Source: Actinomycetes bacterium (GTDB lineage Bacteria; Actinomycetota; Thermoleophilia; RBG-16-64-13). Taken from it: a DNA stretch of 64,000 bases. The translations under genes and the position numbers were made by a program. The stretch lies in the NCBI GenBank assembly GCA_021372435.1, contig JAJFUK010000128.1, forward strand, positions 6,095-70,094, in the 5' to 3' direction. Below are positions 44,874 through 55,100 of the stretch, one piece after another. The notes under the pieces were generated by a model that was given only the letters and a program-made list of their open reading frames with translations, was not told where the DNA came from and ran no database searches. The stretch's first letter is position 1. Every line of letters begins with the position of its first letter.

Positions 44874-47088
44874 CGGCGCGCGACCTCTCATGGGCCGATA
44901 CCGTTTCCTGCTGCGCGAGCGGCTGGCAGACTCCCGGGAATGGGTCGAGAAACGCAGCCCCTGGCGTTTCGAACTGGTCCTGTTGGCGTGCCTGGTCGTG
45001 GGCCTTACCGCGCTCATCTGCTCACAGTACCTTCCGTCGCTGCGCGGTCTATCCGAAGGCAGCCCGGCGCCTCGCACTGTCGTGGCCGAGGAGACGGTCA
45101 CCGTCGTGGACGTGGAGGCCACCGAGGAGCTGAAGGCGCGCGTGGCCGCGCTGGTGGCCCCGGTCTATCTGCCTGATACCCGCGCGCTGCCCGCTGCCTC
45201 TGAGAAGTTGCAGGCTTTTCTCGAGGAGGTCAAAGAGACTCGGGAACAACTGTCCCAAGGGGCGGATCCGGCGGGTGCCCTCTCTCGCCTCAAGCAGATG
45301 GCTCCCGCGACCGTCTCCGACGCCACCTTGCAGCTTCTGCTGACGTCGGATCTTGCCACGTTTGAACGCATCCAGGGGCAGACTCTCGGCGCCCTGGAGA
45401 CGGTCTATGCCAACCCGATCACCGAGGAGTCTCTCGAGTCGGCCCGTACGAACCTGCGCGCCATAGTAGACCGTCTGGCGGCCGACGCACCCACCGCCGA
45501 TGCCGTGTACGAGGTGGCTGCGAGCTTCGTGGGGCCGAATCAAGTGATCGACCAGGAGCAGACCGACGCCCGTCGCCAGGCGGCGATGGACCAAGTCGTA
45601 CCGGTGATGGTCTCGGTGGGTGAAGGCGAGATCGTCGTAGCGGAGGGTGAACGGATCACCGCCCAGGACATGCTGGTCTTGAAAGAACTGGGTCTGGTGG
45701 GCGCCCGCTCTGGGTGGAGAGTCTGGTTGGGCATATTCCTCCTCGTGGTGCTCGAGGTGGCGTTGTTCTCGCGGCTGATAGGCCGCTTCAACAAGACGAC
45801 TGAAGAGTACGGCAACAACATGCTGTTGGCGCTGGTCTTCTTGTTGCTGGGGGCCACGGCGGTGGCCAGACTGCTCGTCATCCAACCGTTGTCGGCCTAT
45901 GTGATACCGGTCGCGGCTCTGGGCATGGCCGTGGCCGTGATCCTCAACGCGCGCAGCGCCCTGCTCATGGTGGTGCTGACCTCGCTCAACATCGGTCTGC
46001 TGACCGATCTCGATATGCGCTACGCCTTGGTGGCCATGGTCGTGGGGGGGCTCTCGCTGTATCTGGTCTCCCGGGTGACCAAGCGGATGGCCTTGTTGGG
46101 CGCGGGCCTGGTGGCTATGGTACTGGCCGCGTTCACGATCTTCTCCGTGGAGATCTTCGCAGGTTCCTCTGCCGGCCACGCATTACGGGAATCCGCGTGG
46201 GGTCTAGGCAATGGTTTCCTGGCGGGCGTCCTTTCCATCGTGCTCCTCAACCTGCTGGAGACGGTGTTCGATCTGACCACGCCCCTGCGGCTGCTCGAAC
46301 TGGCCGACCCGGCGCATCCGCTTCTCAAGAAGCTGCTGCAGGTGGCTCCCGGCACCTACAATCACAGTATCCAGATGGGTAACCTGGCCGAGGCGGCCGC
46401 CGAGGCCATCGGGGCGAATCCTCTGCTGGCCCGCGTGGGGGCCTACTACCACGACATCGGTAAGACGGTGCGGCCCGAGTACTTCGTCGAGAACCAGATC
46501 TACGTGGACAACCCCCATGACCACTTGAGTCCCAACCTTTCTAAGCTCGCCATCACCGCGCATGTGCGCGACGGCGAGCATCTGGGCCGCCTCTACGGGC
46601 TCCCGGGGCCTGTTGTGGACATCATCAAGCAGCACCACGGCACCTCGGTACTCGCCTATTTCTACCATAAGGCCCTGCAGTCGGCGAAGGATCCGGTGTA
46701 CGAGGAGAGCTACCGCTACGAAGAACAGAAACCGCAGTCGAAAGAGGCGGCCATCATCATGCTGGCCGACAGCGTCGAGGCGGCCGTGCGGGCCATGGAG
46801 AACCCTACCCGGCGGAAGATCCAAGGGGTCATCCAAGAGATCATCAAGCAGAAGGTGGAGGACGGACAGCTCGACGAATCGGCTTTGACTCTGGCTGATC
46901 TGCACAAGATCCGCGATGCGTTCGACTCGGTCCTTCTTGGGCTGGTGGGCCATCGTATCCGTTATCCTGACAAAGAGGACTCCGGAGCGCAGCGGGGCGG
47001 GCGCGGTCCGGGCGCCGGACGCCCGGCCGTGCCCCCCAGCGCGGCCGCTTCGGCGACCACCACCGGTCCGGCGGGGAGCACGGAGTGA
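44839..47088 (+). CDS. pgpH: 7TM-receptor-HD membrane phosphohydrolase (PgpH/YqfF family, c-di-AMP phosphodiesterase-like)
   Basis: Large extracellular region, 7 TM, HD domain YYHDIGKTVRPEYF...HHG. Sits between phoH and ybeY as in Firmicutes. Confidence 0.8.
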   Translation: MAAGEAPQRPSNGARPLMGRYRFLLRERLADSREWVEKRSPWRFELVLLACLVVGLTALICSQYLPSLRGLSEGSPAPRTVVAEETVTVVDVEATEELKARVAALVAPVYLPDTRALPAASEKLQAFLEEVKETREQLSQGADPAGALSRLKQMAPATVSDATLQLLLTSDLATFERIQGQTLGALETVYANPITEESLESARTNLRAIVDRLAADAPTADAVYEVAASFVGPNQVIDQEQTDARRQAAMDQVVPVMVSVGEGEIVVAEGERITAQDMLVLKELGLVGARSGWRVWLGIFLLVVLEVALFSRLIGRFNKTTEEYGNNMLLALVFLLLGATAVARLLVIQPLSAYVIPVAALGMAVAVILNARSALLMVVLTSLNIGLLTDLDMRYALVAMVVGGLSLYLVSRVTKRMALLGAGLVAMVLAAFTIFSVEIFAGSSAGHALRESAWGLGNGFLAGVLSIVLLNLLETVFDLTTPLRLLELADPAHPLLKKLLQVAPGTYNHSIQMGNLAEAAAEAIGANPLLARVGAYYHDIGKTVRPEYFVENQIYVDNPHDHLSPNLSKLAITAHVRDGEHLGRLYGLPGPVVDIIKQHHGTSVLAYFYHKALQSAKDPVYEESYRYEEQKPQSKEAAIIMLADSVEAAVRAMENPTRRKIQGVIQEIIKQKVEDGQLDESALTLADLHKIRDAFDSVLLGLVGHRIRYPDKEDSGAQRGGRGPGAGRPAVPPSAAASATTTGPAGSTE

Positions 47089-47657
47089 ACGCGGCGGTAG
47101 AGGTGGTGGACCGGGTCGGGCTTCAGCACACTCACGCTCCGGTGATGGCTCTTATCGAGGCTGTGCTAAGGACCGAAGCGGTCGCTGGAGCGGTGACGGT
47201 GGCTTTGGTCGGCGAAGCGGAGATGGTCGAGTTGAACGGCCGCTTCCGCGGCCTGCCGGAGTCGACCGACGTTCTGTCGTTCCGGTATGCCGACGCCGAA
47301 GAGGAATGGCTCGACGGACCGGTCGCGGAACCAGGAGGGGGCGCCATCGCCGAGGAGGACCGGCCGGCCCCCGATCTGGGGGAGGTGGTCGTCTGCCCGG
47401 CCGTGGTGGATCGGTACGCTCGGGAGGAAGGAGCGGACTTCGGCGGCCGACTGGCGTGGGCGCTCGTACACGGAGTACTTCATCTCGTAGGATACGACCA
47501 CGAGAAGGACCACGGCGAGATGCGCCGCCGGGAGAGGGTGCTCCTAGAAGAGCTTGCGCCCTTGGTGCAGGCGTTCTCGTCCTCCAAGGACTCGCTTCAA
47601 AATGAAGCTCCGCCGCAAGGGACGAGCTGGGCGGATGCGAGGAAGCAGGGAGCGTGA
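47085..47657 (+). CDS. ybeY: Endoribonuclease YbeY (C-terminal ~25 codons are read through the MITE-like repeat)
   Basis: H-x3-H-x5-H motif HGVLHLVGYDHE. The tail ...SKDSLQNEAPPQGTSWADARKQGA is encoded by repeat copy B. Confidence 0.8.
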   Translation: MNAAVEVVDRVGLQHTHAPVMALIEAVLRTEAVAGAVTVALVGEAEMVELNGRFRGLPESTDVLSFRYADAEEEWLDGPVAEPGGGAIAEEDRPAPDLGEVVVCPAVVDRYAREEGADFGGRLAWALVHGVLHLVGYDHEKDHGEMRRRERVLLEELAPLVQAFSSSKDSLQNEAPPQGTSWADARKQGA

Positions 47658-47750
47658 ATAGCGGCGCCATTTGCGCGACCAAGGACGCAATATCGCGCCG
47701 TCCGACGTGCACTGGGCGGCCGCGGCTTCATTTTGAAATGAGCTGTAAAG
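47593..47750. repeat. MITE-like palindromic repeat, copy B
   Basis: cgcttcaaaatgaagctccgccgcaagggacgagc...gcactgggcggccgcggcttcattttgaaatgagctgtaaag, with ~20-bp terminal inverted repeats. Confidence 0.6.
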
Positions 47751-47797
47751 TCCACTGATAGAAGGTCACGATATCGAGACACCCGGGAGGGCCGGCC

Positions 47798-48520
47798 ATG
47801 GCTCGTGACGGCCGCAAGATGACGCTGCTCCAGAGCTTCAACTACGCTTTTCAGGGCCTCGTGTACGCGGTCAGGTTCCAGCGCAACATGCGCGTCCACC
47901 TGGCCATCGGCGTGGTGGTGTTGGTAGCCAGCATCTTCCTGAATCTCAGTAGGCTCGAATTGGTGGCCGTGGTGTTCGCGATCACCTTCGTTCTGGCGAT
48001 GGAGCTCTTGAACAGCGCGGTGGAGAAGGTCGTGGACATCGCCACTACCGAGCTCGATCCTCTGGCGAAGGCCGCAAAGGACCTAGCGGCCGGAGCCGTC
48101 TTGGTGGCCGCGATGAACGCTCTCGTCGTCGCCTACCTGGTTCTCGCGGACCGTCTCGCCCACATATCCCTTGACCTGCTGACCGCGATCAGGCGGTCGC
48201 CGACGCATCTGACCATCGTCGCTTTCGGGCTGGTCATGGCGGTGGTCATCGCAGTCAAGGCCTTTCAGCGCAAAGGGACCCCCCTCTCCGGTGGTCTCCC
48301 CTCCGGGCACGCGGCGCTCGCCTTCGCCGGTTGGACGGCCGTGACCTTCGTGGTGGGCGCGACCCGGGAAGGTCTGCTGGTGAGCATGATCACTCTGGTG
48401 GTGGCCGTCATGGTCGCACAGAGCCGGGTGGAGACGGGCATCCATTCCCTACTCGAGGTCGTCCTGGGGGCCCTGCTGGGGATCGTTGTGACCACGCTCG
48501 TCTTCCAGTTGTGGTTCTGA
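47798..48520 (+). CDS. dgkA: Fusion: diacylglycerol/undecaprenol kinase (DgkA) + PAP2-family lipid phosphatase
   Basis: N-terminal 3-TM DgkA (...AMELLNSAVEKVVD...). C-terminal PAP2 motifs PSGH and SRVETGIHS. Single 240-aa ORF. Confidence 0.65.
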   Translation: MARDGRKMTLLQSFNYAFQGLVYAVRFQRNMRVHLAIGVVVLVASIFLNLSRLELVAVVFAITFVLAMELLNSAVEKVVDIATTELDPLAKAAKDLAAGAVLVAAMNALVVAYLVLADRLAHISLDLLTAIRRSPTHLTIVAFGLVMAVVIAVKAFQRKGTPLSGGLPSGHAALAFAGWTAVTFVVGATREGLLVSMITLVVAVMVAQSRVETGIHSLLEVVLGALLGIVVTTLVFQLWF

Positions 48521-48548
48521 GACCGCGATCACGTTCTAGAGCAGCCTA

Positions 48549-48718
48549 AAAGCTCGTTTCAAAATGAAGCTCCGCCGTAAGGGACGAGCCGGACGGATGT
48601 GAGAGAAGGACGCAGGGAGCGTGAATAGTGGCGCGATTGGCGCGACCGAGGACGCGCTATCGCGCCGTCCGGCGTGCACTGGGCGGCCGCGGCTTCATTT
48701 TGAAACGAGTTCTAAGGA
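48549..48718. repeat. MITE-like palindromic repeat, copy C (most complete)
   Basis: agctcgtttcaaaatgaagctccgccgtaagggacgagccggacgg...gcactgggcggccgcggcttcattttgaaacgagttctaagg, with perfect ~20-bp terminal inverted repeats. Confidence 0.6.
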
Positions 48719-48726
48719 AGGAGGAT

Positions 48727-49131
48727 GGGATGGACGAGGACCGGCTCACACCCCAGATGGGTCGCTTGATCGATCGAGCCAAGGCGGCGGCTCTGTCGGC
48801 GACCTCTCCGCATGCGCGTGCCGAGGGGGTCGCGTTGCTGGCCTGCGATGGAAGCGTGTACTCCGGGTATCCGGGAGAAGACCCCGAGCTTCCGCAGGCC
48901 TGCGCGGCCGAAACGGCGCTTGCTTTTGCGCGCCGGGCCGGACGCACCGACATCGTGGCCGCGGCTGTGGCGGTGGCGAACGATCCGGCCCAGACGCTCT
49001 TTCCCAGTAACGGTTCTTGTGAAGTGCTTGCCGGCATCGACAAGGATCTTCCGCTCGTGGTCAAACATCGCGGCCGTTGGGTCCTCCTCCTGCTCTCCGA
49101 GCTGCGCTCTCGGTCACGAGGCGCCCGATGA
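48727..49131 (+). CDS. cdd: Cytidine deaminase-like protein with degenerate zinc-ligand motif
   Basis: CDA-like CAAETALAFA (C-A-E present), but the second motif reads PSNGSCEV instead of PCGxCRQ. Occupies the cdd position of the dgkA-cdd-recO block. Confidence 0.5.
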   Translation, partial: GMDEDRLTPQMGRLIDRAKAAALSATSPHARAEGVALLACDGSVYSGYPGEDPELPQACAAETALAFARRAGRTDIVAAAVAVANDPAQTLFPSNGSCEVLAGIDKDLPLVVKHRGRWVLLLLSELRSRSRGAR

Positions 49132-49631
49132 GCGGATCCCCCATCTTCCCGGGAGATCTGGTGGTCACCCGGGTGTGCCGTCCCGACCACGACCTGTTGG
49201 TGACCTTGGAAGCCTACGATTTCGAGGCCTTCGGCCTGACCGGTCTTCGTACATACGACCTGGCCGTGATGGCGCAGGCGGGAGCGGTCTATCTCGCCTA
49301 TCTCTACGACGATATCGTCGGCGGGTGCCAGATCCTGCGCATGCTCGACGAGCCGGGTTTCTTCTACGTAGTCGGTTTCTACGTACGCCCGCGATGGCAG
49401 GGCAGGAAGGTGGGGAGGACATTCCTTCTCGCCGTCGCTCGGGAGCTCGAGGAGCTCGGGGGCGAGGGCATGGTCCTCACGGTGGCCCCCACGAACACCG
49501 CCGCCCTGGCCCTGTACAGGGGCGTGGGTTTCGTCGACGAAAGCTTCATCCCCCACTTCTACGGGGAGGGCGAGGATCGTCACATCCTGCGGTGGCGCTT
49601 CCCGGGGAGGGGCTTGCATGGCGGTGTATGA
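49128..49631 (+). CDS. GNAT family N-acetyltransferase
   Basis: ...GFYVRPRWQGRKVGRTFLLAV...LYRGVGF acetyl-CoA-binding motif. Start MSGSPIF overlaps the cdd stop (ATGA). Confidence 0.6.
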   Translation: MSGSPIFPGDLVVTRVCRPDHDLLVTLEAYDFEAFGLTGLRTYDLAVMAQAGAVYLAYLYDDIVGGCQILRMLDEPGFFYVVGFYVRPRWQGRKVGRTFLLAVARELEELGGEGMVLTVAPTNTAALALYRGVGFVDESFIPHFYGEGEDRHILRWRFPGRGLHGGV

Positions 49632-49661
49632 TAGAAAACCTAACAAGGAGGTGGGTGGATC

Positions 49662-50357
49662 GTGAGAGTCGAAGAGCTGGCCAAGACCATCGACAGCACA
49701 ATGCTCGAGGCCACGAGCACAACGACCGCAGTCGAGGTTCTCTGCCGCGATGCGATCTCCCACCACTTCGCCTCCGTCTGCGTTCTCCCCTATTGTGTCC
49801 CCGTGGCCCGGCAGTTGCTCCAGGGCTACGACGTCAAGGTGGGCACGGTCGTCTCGCATCCGTTGGGAGCCGACTCCCAGCGCACGAAGATCGTCGGCGC
49901 CGAACAGGCGGTCGCACTAGGGGCCGATGAGATCGACGTGGTAATGAACATCCCGGCCATGCTCTCGGGCGACTTTCGCTACGTGCGCGACGAGCTGCGC
50001 GGCGTGGTGCGCACCGTCCGCATGACGAGCGTGAACACCGGGCGGGGTCTGGTGCTGGTCAAGGCCAACGTCGAGGCGTACTACCTCGATGAGAAACTCA
50101 AGCGGCTCGTGTGCAAGATCGTAGAAGACTCCGGGGCCGATTTCATCAAGACCTCCACAGGAGCGGCCCCAGGCGGAGCGACGGCCAAGGATGTCGAGCT
50201 GTTCCGTGACCTCCTTCCCGAGAGCGTGGGGGTGGATGCCTCCGGAGGGATCCGCACCGCCGAGGAGGCGGAACTCATGATCAATGCCGGAGCGGCCCGC
50301 ATAGGCACGGCCCACGCGGTCGACATCATCAAGGAGTTCTCCTCCGAGAGAGACTGA
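49662..50357 (+). CDS. deoC: Deoxyribose-phosphate aldolase
   Basis: TIM-barrel DERA ...DFIKTSTGAAPGGAT...DASGGIRT (Schiff-base Lys in KTSTG). Confidence 0.85.
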   Translation: MRVEELAKTIDSTMLEATSTTTAVEVLCRDAISHHFASVCVLPYCVPVARQLLQGYDVKVGTVVSHPLGADSQRTKIVGAEQAVALGADEIDVVMNIPAMLSGDFRYVRDELRGVVRTVRMTSVNTGRGLVLVKANVEAYYLDEKLKRLVCKIVEDSGADFIKTSTGAAPGGATAKDVELFRDLLPESVGVDASGGIRTAEEAELMINAGAARIGTAHAVDIIKEFSSERD

Positions 50358-50376
50358 TGGTTCGGGGGAGGCTTCC

Positions 50377-51093
50377 GTGAACTCCCGCTCCTTCACCACT
50401 CAGGCGCTCGTCATCGGATCCATGCGCTACCGCGAGGCCGACCGCATAGTCACGCTCTACACCCGGGAGCGAGGGCGATTGGGGGCCGTGGCGAAAGGTG
50501 TCCGACGCACCAAGTCCAAGGTCGGCGGCCGGCTTGAACCCTTCAGCCTCGTGCGCGTGAGCCTGTACACGGGACGCGGCCTTTACACGGTCATCGGCGT
50601 CGATACTCTGCGGACCTTCCAGGGAGTGCGCGACGAGCTCTTCCGAATGGAAGAGGGTGCTCGTCTCTTCGCGGCGGTGCGTCATCTGTTCCCGGCGGAG
50701 GAGGAGAGCGCTCCGGCCTTCAACCTGCTTGTGCGCGGGATCGCCCGTCTTGCCGATGCGCGCGATCGAGCCACGGCGGCCGGAGTAGTCCTTGCCACCC
50801 GACTCAAGTTGCTCGCCTTGTTGGGATATGCTCCGGAGATATCGCGCTGCGCGACGTGTGGCTCGCGCGACTCCCTGTTCGGTTTCTCACCCGGTCTGGG
50901 CGGAGTCGTGTGCGAATCGTGCGCCGCGACGAACGCCGTGTCGTGCTTCGCGCTCAGCGGCGGGGCCGTGTCGACTCTGCGCACCCTTCTCGACAATCCC
51001 CTGGCGGAGATCGACGCTTTCGAGTTGGACGAGAAGGCCCTCGCCGAGGTGGAGCAGGTGGTGACGCAGACACTGGCCCATCACGGGCACTGA
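50377..51093 (+). CDS. recO: DNA repair protein RecO
   Basis: N-terminal OB fold ALVIGSMRYREADRIVTLYTRERGRLGAVAKG. C4 zinc finger CATCGS...CESCA. Confidence 0.85.
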   Translation: MNSRSFTTQALVIGSMRYREADRIVTLYTRERGRLGAVAKGVRRTKSKVGGRLEPFSLVRVSLYTGRGLYTVIGVDTLRTFQGVRDELFRMEEGARLFAAVRHLFPAEEESAPAFNLLVRGIARLADARDRATAAGVVLATRLKLLALLGYAPEISRCATCGSRDSLFGFSPGLGGVVCESCAATNAVSCFALSGGAVSTLRTLLDNPLAEIDAFELDEKALAEVEQVVTQTLAHHGH

Positions 51094-51220
51094 GCGGCCG
51101 GCCGGGATGGGCCGCGCTTCCGGCAAGTTGCGTGCTGACGGGCTTTGGCTCCGGTCGGCGCCTGCCGGTATCCAAAGCTCGGTGCGCTGGCTATCGGCGA
51201 ATGGCACAGTCTGGGTCGGC

Positions 51221-51350
51221 TAAGAACTCGTTTCAAAATGAAGCCACGGCCGCCGGGTGCGCGCCGGACGGTCCGATATTGCGTCCTCGGTCGCGCTAAT
51301 AGCGCTGCTATTCACGCTCCCTGCGTCCTTCTCTCACATTCGCCCGGCGA
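51221..51350. repeat. MITE-like repeat, copy D (inverted orientation, one terminus truncated)
   Basis: taagaactcgtttcaaaatgaagccacggccgccgggtgcgcgccggacgg... is the reverse complement of copy C but lacks the far terminal inverted repeat. Confidence 0.55.
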
Positions 51351-51740
51351 AGCCAGGATCCCCCAAGCCCGCGCGGTCGTGGCAAGTCGCACGTCGAAGG
51401 TGGCCAAGGGGACGCGGAGCGCCAACGCCAGATGTAGATACGACGCGTCATATGCCGACAAGCCGTTCTCTTGGGCGACTTGGACGACCGCGGGCCAGGA
51501 GGGTGCGAGCAGTCTGATGGACACTCTGAGGCTCTCGGTAAACGCCCGCGCGATGCGGGAGGCGTCGGCCGGCCGGCACCCGCACTTGGCGACGGCGGTT
51601 TGGGCCATTTCATACGGCAGCAGGGTTGGGGCCAGCAGTCGTCGCGAGCGGGTAAGTGCCAGGGCTTCAGCCGACCGGGGCTCGCCGAACACGATGGCGG
51701 CGAGTACCGACGCGTCACATATGACTGCCTCGTCAACCAT
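51312..51740 (-). CDS. vapC: PIN-domain toxin VapC
   Basis: Start MVDEAVICDASVLAAIVFGE (PIN D...E...D...D pattern). Overlaps the vapB stop (ATGA). Confidence 0.8.
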   Translation of the reverse strand: MVDEAVICDASVLAAIVFGEPRSAEALALTRSRRLLAPTLLPYEMAQTAVAKCGCRPADASRIARAFTESLRVSIRLLAPSWPAVVQVAQENGLSAYDASYLHLALALRVPLATFDVRLATTARAWGILASPGECERRTQGA

Positions 51741-51984
51741 TGTCACGGAGCTCGCGGATCCACCCCGCAGACTCATCCGGCGTGGACAGGCCGATACGGC
51801 TTACATACCGGGCCAACTCATCCACAGTGATCTCCGACTCCTCGAACGCAGCCGCCTCCACGATGGCGAGCAGCTCCCCCTGGAGCGACCGATGGTTGCG
51901 CTCGGCACGAGCGCGAAGCCGCTCTAGGACTTCCTCCGGAACGTCCTTGATGGACAGGCTGACGGCCACGGTGGCCCCCCGCAT
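51733..51984 (-). CDS. vapB: VapB-type antitoxin (ribbon-helix-helix)
   Basis: MRGATVAVSLSIKDVPEEVLERLRARAERNHRSLQGELLAIVE, RHH antitoxin directly upstream of vapC. Confidence 0.7.
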   Translation of the reverse strand: MRGATVAVSLSIKDVPEEVLERLRARAERNHRSLQGELLAIVEAAAFEESEITVDELARYVSRIGLSTPDESAGWIRELRDNG

Positions 51985-52171
51985 GGCATGGTTCTGTATT
52001 GGCGTCATTCTAGCACTACCATTCTGCTGGGGCCGCTCGAATCGATCTCCGTCGCCCGGGTCCGTCTTCTACTGAGCAGTGTTCCGCATTCCCGCGTCGT
52101 TGGCGTCCACCCTTCGTACTATCATGAGCGAGGCATGAGCGAGGCATCGATCTCGGTACGGAGGTTGGCGG

Positions 52172-55100
52172 TTGGGCATCCTTGAAAAGTACCTGAGCGG
52201 TCTGCGGGACATCAGGCTCTCCGGAGAGGGCGTCTCGGAGCTCTCGTACTACCCGGTGCTGCGGGATCTTCTGGAGGAGGTGGGCGGCGGGCTCAAGCCC
52301 AAGGTCCGCTGCTTCATGAACCTCAAGAACGAGGGCGCCGGTCTGCCCGACGGGGGCCTGTTCACCGCTGATCAGGTGCGCAAGGGCGCCCCGGGCGGGC
52401 AGAAGCCGGCCCGGGGCGCCATCGAAGTCAAGGCACCAGGCACCGACGCTCAGGCGATCGCCGCGACGCCGCAGGTGCTCGGCTACCTCGAAGCCTACCG
52501 CCAGGTGCTGGTGACCAATCTGCGCGACTTCCTGCTGCTGGGCATCGACGAGCGCGGTGCCCCCGTGATCCTCGAGCGCTACACTCTGGCCCCCACCGAA
52601 GCCGAGTTCTGGGTCCTCACCGAGCACCCCCGCCGGGCCGAGCAGGAGCAGGGCGGGCGCTTCTTGGAGTTCCTCAAGCGGGTGCTGCTCTCCGGAGCCA
52701 CGCTGGGCAGCCCGCAGGACCTGGCCTGGTTCTTGGCCTCCTACGCGCGGGAGGCGCGGTTCTTGGTAGAGTCGGCGGAGCTGCCGGCGCTCGACGCCGT
52801 GCGCAAGGCGCTCGAAGACACCTTGGGGGTCAAATTCGAAGGGGCCAAAGGAGAGCACTTCTTCCGTTCGACGCTGGTGCAAACCCTCTTCTACGGCCTG
52901 TTTGCCTCCTGGGTGATGTGGAGTCGCGAACACGAGCCCGGCGACGAAGCCCCCGGGGCAGCGGCCCGGGGCGAGGCGCGTTTCGACTGGAAGACGGCGG
53001 CCTGGACCCTCCAGGTGCCCGTGATCCAAGCGCTCTTCACGCAGATAGCCACGCCCCGTCTGTTGGGCTCGCTGGGCCTGGTGACGGTTCTCGACCGGGC
53101 GGCCGCGGCGCTTAACCGGGTAGATAGACGCGCATTTTTCGCCAGATTCGAACAGCATCACGCCGTCCAGTACTTCTACGAACCTTTCCTGGAGGCGTTC
53201 GATCCTGAGCTGCGCAAGGAGCTGGGAGTGTGGTACACGCCGCCGGAGATCGTGGAGTACATGGTGGCTCGGGTGGACACGGTGCTGCGCGAGGAGCTGG
53301 ACGTGTCCGACGGTCTGGCCGACCCGCGGGTGTACGTGCTCGACCCCTGCTGCGGTACCGGCGCCTATCTGGTGGAGGTTCTCGAGAGGATCGCCCAGAC
53401 TTTGGACGAGAAAGAGGCCGACGCCCTGGCGGCGGGCGACGTCAAGAAGGCGGCTCTGGAACGGGTGTTTGGATTCGAGATCCTGCCTGCTCCTTTTGTG
53501 ATAGCGCACATGCAGTTAGGCCTGCTGCTCCAGAATATGCACCTGCCCTTGGCCGGGAACGAGCGGGTGGGAGTGTTCCTGACCAACGCCCTCACCGGCT
53601 GGGAGGCGCCGCACAAGCACCAGCAGCTCTCGGTGTTGCCCGAGTTGGAGGCCGAGCGCGACGCCGCGGAGCGGGTCAAGCAGGACCTGCCCATCCTGGT
53701 GATCTTGGGGAATCCGCCTTACAACGGGTACGCGGGGATGGCGGCCGCCGAGGAGCGGGCGCTGACCGAAGCCTACCGCACCACGAAGAAGGCTCCGCCG
53801 CCGCAGGGCCAGGGCCTGAACGACCTGTATGTGCGCTTCTTTCGCATGGCCGAGCGGCGCATCGTGGAGAAGAGCCGCAGGGGCATCGTCTGCTTCATCT
53901 CCAACTACTCGTGGCTGGACGGTCTGTCGTTCACAGGGATGCGCGAGCGGTACCTGGAGGTGTTCGACAAGATCTGGATCGACAACCTGAACGGTGACAA
54001 GTACAAGACGGGGAAGTTGACGCCGGACGGCAGGCCCGACCCCAGCATCTTCTCGACCGAGCACAACCGCGAGGGCATCCAGGTGGGAACGGCGGTGGCG
54101 CTCTTGGCAAGGAAAGAGAACCACCGTCCGGCCCAGGAAGTGAGGGTGGCCCAGTTCTGGGGAGTGGAGAAGAGGAAGGAATTGGCCCGCTTGGCCGCGG
54201 CCGGCACGGCCGCGGCGTGCGAGATGGTCAGGCCTGAGATGGCGCTGGGGCTGCCGTTTATGGGGGGCACGGTCGACGAGCAGTATCCAAGGTGGCCGGC
54301 TCTTCCGGACCTCTTCCCGGTGTCGTTCCCAGGGGTGAAGACCAGCCGGGACGAGCTCGTAGTCGACATCGACAGGGAGCGTCTCGTTGCCCGGATGCAG
54401 GCCTATTTCGATCCGGACGTCTCGGACGAGGAGATGCGGCGGCTTGCCCCGGTGGCGATGACCGATGCCGCGGGATTCGACGCCAGGAAGACCCGTGCCT
54501 ATCTTGTCCGGCGCGGGTTCCTTCCCGAGAACGTGGTCAGGTACTGCTATCGTCCCTTCGATCTACGCTGGCTGTATTGGGAGCCGGAGACAAAGCTACT
54601 GGATCGTGAGCGGGCGGAGTACTTCGCGCAGGTTTTCGAGGGGAACGCATGGTTCAGCGCCGGCCAGCGCAACAGGCGCGAGACGTTCTATGCTCCTCAG
54701 TTCACCCGGCTGCTCGCCGACCATCACCTCGTAGAGTCGAATGTCGCCATGTTCCCGACCCTCGTCAGAGCTGGGCAGGCTCTGACTCTTGAGCAGCAGC
54801 GTGAGCCGAACGTGCGTCCCAACCTGTCGGCGGAGGCACTGAGTTACCTGACAGGACTCGACATGGACGTGTTGGCGCTTACGTTCCATGTTCTGTCAGT
54901 CGCGCACTCCCCTGGCTACGTGGCCGAGAACCTGGGCGCTCTTCGCCAAGATTGGCCCCGCATTCCTCTCCCCGACTGCAAGGACCTGCTTCTCGCCTCG
55001 GCTGACCTGGGGCGCAAGGTGGCCGACCTGCTCGATCCCGAGACCCCGGTCGACGGCGTCACCTGCGGCAATCTGCGCTCTGAGCTGCGGGTGATCGGGG

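Noticed and set aside
47597-51927. ORFs encoding the recurring peptide FKMKPRPP(S/G)ARRTAR... (47597-47899 minus, 48657-49859 minus, 51145-51927 plus, 31907-33046 minus) that look like a conserved small protein family
   Set aside because: The shared peptide is simply the translation of the MITE-like repeat in one frame. Flanking parts are unrelated and overlap real genes on the other strand
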